Shown here in pieces: positions 58,222-64,000 of a stretch of 64,000 nucleotides of DNA. Both the position numbers and the translations under genes were made by a program. The notes beneath the pieces were generated by a model that saw only the letters and a list, made by a program, of their open reading frames with translations, did not search any database and was not told where the DNA came from. The DNA comes from Candidatus Velthaea sp. (GTDB lineage Bacteria > Vulcanimicrobiota > Vulcanimicrobiia > Vulcanimicrobiales > Vulcanimicrobiaceae), in the NCBI GenBank assembly GCA_965214935.1, contig CBDCCS010000018.1, positions 288,001-352,000 of the forward strand, given 5' to 3'. Each line of letters begins with the position of its first letter. Position 1 is the stretch's first letter.

Positions 58222-59849
58222 TGTACGTCGACGTCCATCATATCGTCGAACGGCGTCAGCAGCGGCGGGTGAAAGCCGCGCACGTGCTTGTTGCTCGCAT
58301 AGCCGCCTTTCCAGACATAGAGCATGATCGTCGGCACGTCGCTGATGAGCCGTCGCTGCACGGCAGAAAAGAGCCGGCGGCGCTCGGCGGTATCGTACGA
58401 AAGCTCGATCCGCGCCAGCAGCGCATCGATGTCGTGACTGCAATAGCGCGTTGCGTTTTCGCCGTGCGGCGGTATCGTGCCGCAGCCGTACAATCCGGTC
58501 ACGTCGGAAACCGCTTCGAGCGTCCGCGGATACATCGCAAGCTCGAACTTTCCGCTGTAGAGCACGCCGCCGGCACTGGCCGGAGCGCGGAAAACGTTCG
58601 GCGCGAATTTGCGCGAGTCGACTTCAATTCCAACGTCGCGCAACGTGGCGCGAACCGCTTCCATCGTCAAGTCGCTCTCGGTCGTTCCGACTTGATAGAC
58701 CGCGTGAAGCACCAGCCGTTGTCCGTTCTTGGTGCGAATGCCGTCAGACCCCGGCCGCCAACCTGCGGCGTCGAGTAGCGCCCGCGAACGCGCCGGCGCA
58801 TACGGCACGATCGCGTCGTGCGCGCCCGGGGGATCGAGCGGAATCACCGCACCGTCGTGCGTCGAACCGTAGCCATGCAGAACGGTTGCGACCATGCGCG
58901 GCCGGTCGAGCGCGGCGCGAACGGCGTCGCGCACGCGCCGGTCGCTCACGATCGGCCGCGTGTAGACGAAGTCGAGGTTCGTCGTACGAAAGTTCGGTTG
59001 CACGAGCACGTCGAGTGCGGACACGCCGCGCAGGCGTTCCATGTAACTCGGCGGCACGAGCGGCCAAAGATCCGTTTCGCCCGTCTGCATCTGATTCATG
59101 AGCGTTTGTTGGGCGGGCAGCAACTTGTAGGTGATGTGCTCGAGCTTCGGTTTGCCGCGCCAATAATATGGATTCGCTTCGAGTTCGATCGCGTCGCCAT
59201 GCTTCCACGCCACGATTCGAAATGGCCCGATGCCGACCGGCTTGAGATTGTAACTCGCGGTATTGATGTTCGGCAGGGCGCCCAAGATATGCTTGGGCAG
59301 AATGCACGGTTCGTTCGCCGCCGTCCCGAAGAAGAGCGGCAGATAACTGCCGTACGGATGTTTGAGGTGAAAGACGGCCGTGTATTTGTCGGGCTCGGCC
59401 ATCGATGCGATCGAGTCCCAGCCGGCTGTTCCTTGTTCTTCGTTGTTGGCCGGATTCATGATCGTCCGCACGCTAAAGAGAACGTCTTCGGCACTAAACG
59501 GCGCGCCATCGGACCAGCGCACGCCGCGGCGCAGATGCCAAACGATCGTTTTGCCGTCGGCGCTGATGCCGCCGTTGCGTTGCGTCGGGATGACCGTCAG
59601 GAGTTCGGGTACGGGCCGTGCGTTGACATCGTAGCGCGCGAGATACGCTTGCGTCAGCTCGGCAATGTAGCCCGTCGTGGCCGACGGATCGAGATGAATG
59701 TTGAGGCTGTTCGGATCGCCTTGTCCGATCGCGATCCGCAGCCAGTGCGCGCGGGTGTTTGAAGCGGTGCCGGTTGGTGCGCAAGCGGAAGCGGCGGCCG
59801 TCCACAGCGTCAACAAAACGGCGATGACGATCCGGGCGCGCAGCTTCAT
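58218..59849 (-). CDS. Peptide ABC transporter substrate-binding protein (family 5)
   Basis: Signal peptide, GGISADGKT..LRRGVRWSDGAPFSAEDV, PVGIGPF, ANPYYWRGKP. Confidence 0.93.
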   Translation of the reverse strand: MKLRARIVIAVLLTLWTAAASACAPTGTASNTRAHWLRIAIGQGDPNSLNIHLDPSATTGYIAELTQAYLARYDVNARPVPELLTVIPTQRNGGISADGKTIVWHLRRGVRWSDGAPFSAEDVLFSVRTIMNPANNEEQGTAGWDSIASMAEPDKYTAVFHLKHPYGSYLPLFFGTAANEPCILPKHILGALPNINTASYNLKPVGIGPFRIVAWKHGDAIELEANPYYWRGKPKLEHITYKLLPAQQTLMNQMQTGETDLWPLVPPSYMERLRGVSALDVLVQPNFRTTNLDFVYTRPIVSDRRVRDAVRAALDRPRMVATVLHGYGSTHDGAVIPLDPPGAHDAIVPYAPARSRALLDAAGWRPGSDGIRTKNGQRLVLHAVYQVGTTESDLTMEAVRATLRDVGIEVDSRKFAPNVFRAPASAGGVLYSGKFELAMYPRTLEAVSDVTGLYGCGTIPPHGENATRYCSHDIDALLARIELSYDTAERRRLFSAVQRRLISDVPTIMLYVWKGGYASNKHVRGFHPPLLTPFDDMMDVDVQ

Positions 59850-61483
59850 CGTGCCATCTCTTCGGCGATCCAGGCGACCGGCGCCGAGCCGAAGGCGAGC
59901 AATTCATCGTGAAACGCCTTGGCGGAAAGCGTCGATGTGCGGCGTAGCGCCGCAATTTGCTGCGTGCCGCACCAGTACATCACCCGGCTGCCCGGAAACA
60001 TTGAGTTACGGGTCGTTTCGGCATCGATGCGCGCCGGTGCGAAGTGCGCTTCATCGCGGTAAAACGCGCGCATCTCTTCGAGCGTGTATGTGCCGGTGTG
60101 AAAACGCAAATCGGCTAGGCAGCTCGCGATGTTGCGCAGCTCGAAGTAGGCTAATTGCAACGACTCGGCAGCGCTGTAAAAATCCGTGACGTCCGACAGT
60201 AGGTCCTCCGCGTAACAGGCCCAGCCTTCAACGAGCGTGCCGGCCGCGAGCAGCGTGAGCCCGCTCGCGCCGTCCGTACCGGCGATGCGCGCGAAACGCG
60301 ACTGCGCGGCGCGTGCACGTGCGTTCTGCGTGTGGTGGCCGACGCTGCCGTGGTGCACGGCATGCACGAGTTTAACGGCAGCGGTGTTATGCGTGCGCCG
60401 AATCTCAGCGGGCGAACCGAGCGGCGGCGCGACCCAGTACGTGCTGCCGCTGCCCGCCCGGCGTGCCGCCGGCGATCGATAGAAGAGAAAATACAAGTCG
60501 CTTGCAACTGGCCGAGCCCAGTCGGGTAGCAGCGCGAACGTCAAGCCGTAATCGGCGGCCGGCGTCACGAGATGCGCCGCATCGCGCAGCGCTCGGTCAT
60601 GCCAGTGCTCGTACGTGTGGAGGACGTCTTGCGGCAAGGGGCCTTCGTCGGCGAGTGCTGCAAGCTGTTCGCGCCACGAGCGGCTCGGATCGCGTTGTCG
60701 CGCGAGCGTTGTAAGCGCATCGAACGCCGCATCGAATGCACGTGCGGCGCGACGTTCGAGTTCCGCAGGCGTTTCGCTCAAGCCATGCACGGTGCGCAGA
60801 ATGAACGCAAGGTGGGCGGCGCCGCACGCCCCGGACGAGTCCGGCGTTGCCGATGCACTGCGTCCGCCGCCGAATGTCTCTGCAAACCGGTCGCAGGCTG
60901 CAAGTACGGCCGCCACGCGCCGTTCGTCGACCGTCGTGGCCAGCGAATGAAGCGGCAGTCCGTCACGCAGAAGCCGTTGCAGCGCTCGGATCTCCGTTCG
61001 TGCGCGTAATGCCCAAGCCGCGGGGATAGCTATGCCGTTCAGCGCCGTCCGACCGGCGTCGAGGAACTCCGGCAATGCTGCAAGGCGAGCATCGAGCGCC
61101 GTGACAAGCACTGTTGTATCGCCGACGCTGCCGGCATCACCGGAAGCCGACAACAGCGAAATGATACCGAACGCTGCTTCGCCCGTGTACCACGCGGGAT
61201 TGCAATAACGTGCGCGCCGCGCGTACGGGCTTGTCGCCGCCGCGCAGAATGCATGCAGATGCCGTGCATCGAGCCGCGCCGCCGGATCGTCGGGTACGGG
61301 CATCGCCGCTAACCGCCCGTCGAGTGCGGCGTGCCGTTGCAGCGCTTCGGACTCGGCCGCGGCGTCCGCGCGCGGCAACTGGGTTGCCCAGCCCGGCTCG
61401 CCCGCGAACGTCGCTGCGATCGGATCGTAATCCCAAAGCGCTCGTAGGCCGTCGTCGACGAGCGTCAGGAAATCGCGATCCAT
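59846..61483 (-). CDS. DUF885 family protein
   Basis: DPIAATFAG, HH..VGHH.Q, VEGWACYAE, YWCG..I..LR, FHDELL..GS. Confidence 0.82.
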   Translation of the reverse strand: MDRDFLTLVDDGLRALWDYDPIAATFAGEPGWATQLPRADAAAESEALQRHAALDGRLAAMPVPDDPAARLDARHLHAFCAAATSPYARRARYCNPAWYTGEAAFGIISLLSASGDAGSVGDTTVLVTALDARLAALPEFLDAGRTALNGIAIPAAWALRARTEIRALQRLLRDGLPLHSLATTVDERRVAAVLAACDRFAETFGGGRSASATPDSSGACGAAHLAFILRTVHGLSETPAELERRAARAFDAAFDALTTLARQRDPSRSWREQLAALADEGPLPQDVLHTYEHWHDRALRDAAHLVTPAADYGLTFALLPDWARPVASDLYFLFYRSPAARRAGSGSTYWVAPPLGSPAEIRRTHNTAAVKLVHAVHHGSVGHHTQNARARAAQSRFARIAGTDGASGLTLLAAGTLVEGWACYAEDLLSDVTDFYSAAESLQLAYFELRNIASCLADLRFHTGTYTLEEMRAFYRDEAHFAPARIDAETTRNSMFPGSRVMYWCGTQQIAALRRTSTLSAKAFHDELLAFGSAPVAWIAEEMAR

Positions 61484-62571
61484 CGGCGTTCCTCGTGCGA
61501 ACGGACGATCGCGTCGACAATCTGCTGACTTTTCGCACCGTCATGAAACGTGCATTCCGCCGGCGCATCGTCGACGATCTCATCCACGAAGTGGCGCACG
61601 AGGTTGCGATAGTACAGTTCGGGCCACGGCGTCGAAAGATCGGTTAGCGGCGGAAACGTCGCCGGGTCGGCGGGTATTTCGATGAAGTCGACGGCATCCG
61701 CTGAAGCAAAGGTGAGCCGCTCGGCGACACCGCGTTCGGCGATGAGCCGTGCGATCGCGGCGCCCTTCGAGCCGTACACGCGCAATTCGACGCCCGGGTA
61801 ATTGCCCACCGCGATGAACGACGTTTGCAATAGACCCTGCGCGCCGGACGCAAACTCGACAATCGCCACGGTGCCGTCGTCGATGGCGATGCGCTGACGG
61901 CCGCTGTAGCCGCGCACCGCGCGTTCGGGAACGTAGTTGTGCATGCTGCCGCAAACCGCGGCGAAGTCACCGGCGCACCAGCGCATCGCGTCGACAAGGT
62001 GCGAACCATAGCCGACGATCGACGATGGAATGAGCCGGTCGCGCGGTGCATCGGGCGAGACTTGGCGCAACGGAAAGTCCGGATCGAGAAATTGCGAATT
62101 CTGCTCGAAGCCGTGCACGTGAAAGATCTCACCCAAAGTGCCGTCGGCGATCCATGCGCGCAGCCGGCGCAGCGCCGGCGAATAGCGAAAGGTGAAGCCG
62201 AGCTTGGTTCGCACGCCGGCGGCGGTCGCCGCATCGGCGGCAGCGAACGCGTCGGCGGCGCGTTCGGCGAGCGGCTTTTCGGACAACACGTGCTTGCCTG
62301 CGTCGATCGCCGCGAGACTTAGTGCTAAATGCGTATGCGTCGGCGTGCACACATCGACGAGTTCGACCTCGGGATCGGCGAGCAGCGCCTGATGATCGGT
62401 ATAGACATGGGGGATATTGAACGCCGCAGCCATTGCATGCGCGCGTTCGGCTTCGATGTCGCAGATGGCGACGAGTCGCGCGCGTCCGTAGGCTGCGTAT
62501 CCCGGAAGATGCGCCGTTTCGGCCCAGCGGTGCGCGCCGATCACGCCGATACCGAGCGGCCTGCCGTTCAC
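61465..62571 (-). CDS. Gfo/Idh/MocA family oxidoreductase
   Basis: GIGVIG, VDVCTP, GKHVLSEKPL, GFTFRY. Confidence 0.93.
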   Translation of the reverse strand: MNGRPLGIGVIGAHRWAETAHLPGYAAYGRARLVAICDIEAERAHAMAAAFNIPHVYTDHQALLADPEVELVDVCTPTHTHLALSLAAIDAGKHVLSEKPLAERAADAFAAADAATAAGVRTKLGFTFRYSPALRRLRAWIADGTLGEIFHVHGFEQNSQFLDPDFPLRQVSPDAPRDRLIPSSIVGYGSHLVDAMRWCAGDFAAVCGSMHNYVPERAVRGYSGRQRIAIDDGTVAIVEFASGAQGLLQTSFIAVGNYPGVELRVYGSKGAAIARLIAERGVAERLTFASADAVDFIEIPADPATFPPLTDLSTPWPELYYRNLVRHFVDEIVDDAPAECTFHDGAKSQQIVDAIVRSHEERRWIAIS

Positions 62572-63647
62572 GGCAGCGTCCGGCCGGCGGCGGCGACAAA
62601 TGCTTCGAGTTCATCGTAATTGTGGAAGCCCAGCGCGCGCCGGCCGTCTTCAATCTCGTAGATCATCGTAGTGAGCCGCTCGTTGAGGCGTACGTCGGCA
62701 CCGGCCGCCCGCCCGTATTCGACGAGCTTCCCGTTCGATGCGCGCACTTCCGATTGGCGTTTGCGATGCACGATGTCCCACCAAATACCGGACCCGCGCT
62801 TGACGAACGTGTGCGTTTGCGGCTGCTGATCTTTCTTGAGCAGCCAGATCGCGTGGTTGATGTTGGCGATGAGTTTGGCCGTATCGGCGGCGGTTTCCGG
62901 CCGGTAATTGACCGGATCGAAGAAGTCGAATGCTTCGACGCGAATACCGCATGCGTCGGCGATTTCGAGTGCTTCGCGCACGATCGCGCCGGCGGTGCGC
63001 GCATACCGTTCGTTGCCTAACGACTGGGCGATCGGCGCATCGACGAGCGCCGAAAAAACGACTTGCGCGGAATACACTTCTTTGGCCCAAATCTGGCCCC
63101 AAATGTTGTTCGAAAGCTGAACCGGCGCGAGTGCTTCGAGCATCGTTGCGAGTTCGCGTAAGCGCGGCGTCGGCGCGCCGTTCATTTCGCCGAGCTGAAT
63201 CGGGCCCTCGTGCACGTGCTCGAGATGTCCCGGATCGACGAGCGCACCGCCGTAATTCGGGATCGAGCCGACAATGCGTTCGTTTCCGCCAAGACCCGCT
63301 GCCGTCAAGAGTTCGGCAATGAGCGGTTCGTTGAAGCCGTTTTGAAACGATACGATGAACGTTTGCGGGCCGACGTGCGGCAGCAAATCATGCACCGCAT
63401 CGGCCGTATGCTGCGATTTAGTTGCGACGAGCACCGCTTCGAGCGGTCCGCTCAACTCGTGCGGATGGATAGCCCGCACGGGAACACGCAGTTCGCCGCG
63501 GATCCCGTCGATGAAAACGCCGTCACGCTGCAACGCCTCGACATGCTCGCGCCAACGGTCGACGAGCACGACGTCGTAACCCGCGCGCGTCATATAGGCG
63601 CCCGCGAGTCCGCCGATCGCACCGGCACCGACGATCGTTACGCGCAT
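62568..63647 (-). CDS. Ketopantoate reductase family oxidoreductase (divergent)
   Basis: IVGAGAIGG, VATKS, SFQNG, IWAK. Confidence 0.85.
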   Translation of the reverse strand: MRVTIVGAGAIGGLAGAYMTRAGYDVVLVDRWREHVEALQRDGVFIDGIRGELRVPVRAIHPHELSGPLEAVLVATKSQHTADAVHDLLPHVGPQTFIVSFQNGFNEPLIAELLTAAGLGGNERIVGSIPNYGGALVDPGHLEHVHEGPIQLGEMNGAPTPRLRELATMLEALAPVQLSNNIWGQIWAKEVYSAQVVFSALVDAPIAQSLGNERYARTAGAIVREALEIADACGIRVEAFDFFDPVNYRPETAADTAKLIANINHAIWLLKKDQQPQTHTFVKRGSGIWWDIVHRKRQSEVRASNGKLVEYGRAAGADVRLNERLTTMIYEIEDGRRALGFHNYDELEAFVAAAGRTLP

Positions 63648-64000
63648 GCGTACGCCCTCCGTAACGTGCCGAACTCCGGCAGCGCTTCGAGCTCGGCGAT
63701 GAGCGCAGCGGCGTCATGCTCGGGCAGCGCGACCAGCGGCGGCATCGGGCGTCGCCAGCGCTCGTCGCCGGATAGTTCGGCGAGCACGGCGCGCACGGCG
63801 GGCACGAGCTGATGCGCCGCCATCGCCGAACGCATCGCGCTCAGAGCCGGCACTTCGCTTTGCGAGCCGCGCCACACCGGAGCTGCCAGCGGCGCGGTGA
63901 CGTTGAGTGTCGCAGAGATGCAGCCGGCAAAACCCGCGGCACGTGCGTCACTCAGTGCCGTCTCCGAACTCGGAAAGATATCGATGTTCGGACATGCCCG
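63638..64000 (-). CDS. Dihydrodipicolinate synthase family aldolase/lyase, partial (start lies beyond the window)
   Basis: IDIFPSSETAL..GFAGCISATLNV, W..PMPPLVAL. Confidence 0.7.
   Translation of the reverse strand, partial: RACPNIDIFPSSETALSDARAAGFAGCISATLNVTAPLAAPVWRGSQSEVPALSAMRSAMAAHQLVPAVRAVLAELSGDERWRRPMPPLVALPEHDAAALIAELEALPEFGTLRRAYACA

Noticed and set aside
1..64000. CRISPR arrays, tRNA, rRNA, integrase or prophage genes
   Set aside because: None detected by eye; short or degenerate RNA genes could have been missed

Overview
GC-rich, densely coding bacterial chromosomal window. Gene style tentatively suggests a Terrabacteria soil lineage such as Eremiobacterota; this is inference only. 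No rRNA, tRNA or CRISPR array was seen. Left to right: a GAF-GGDEF-EAL protein; typA; a membrane protein/wHTH/uppS-like operon with a palindromic operator; an SF2 helicase; DUF2252; an ECF sigma/anti-sigma pair; a CPA1 antiporter; and a degenerate class III cyclase. Next is a dispersed amino-sugar region (15.3-36.3 kb): carbohydrate ABC transporter, GH20, a transporter-PDZ fusion, a stand-alone hydantoinase-A-like ATPase, an FAD oxidoreductase, a HExxH mini-protein, a BadF kinase and NanE. It is interrupted by sdaA, an M20 peptidase, an AKR pseudogene and an orphan VirB9/TrbG. Then comes an A2-type caa3-like oxidase cluster with two tiny membrane ORFs, SCO, CtaB and CtaA, followed by GH130, prfC, a dehydratase and a cyclophilin. 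A lower-GC island (~52.7-57.2 kb) holds a lipoprotein, an IS3 remnant, a candidate REase-fold nuclease toxin with a glycine zipper plus candidate immunity gene, and a decayed nucleotidyltransferase. An uncharacterised catabolic operon runs off the right edge. The best novelty candidates are the toxin/immunity pair, the amino-sugar module and the oxidase lacking two Mg-site ligands. All calls come from motif reading only; no searches were run.
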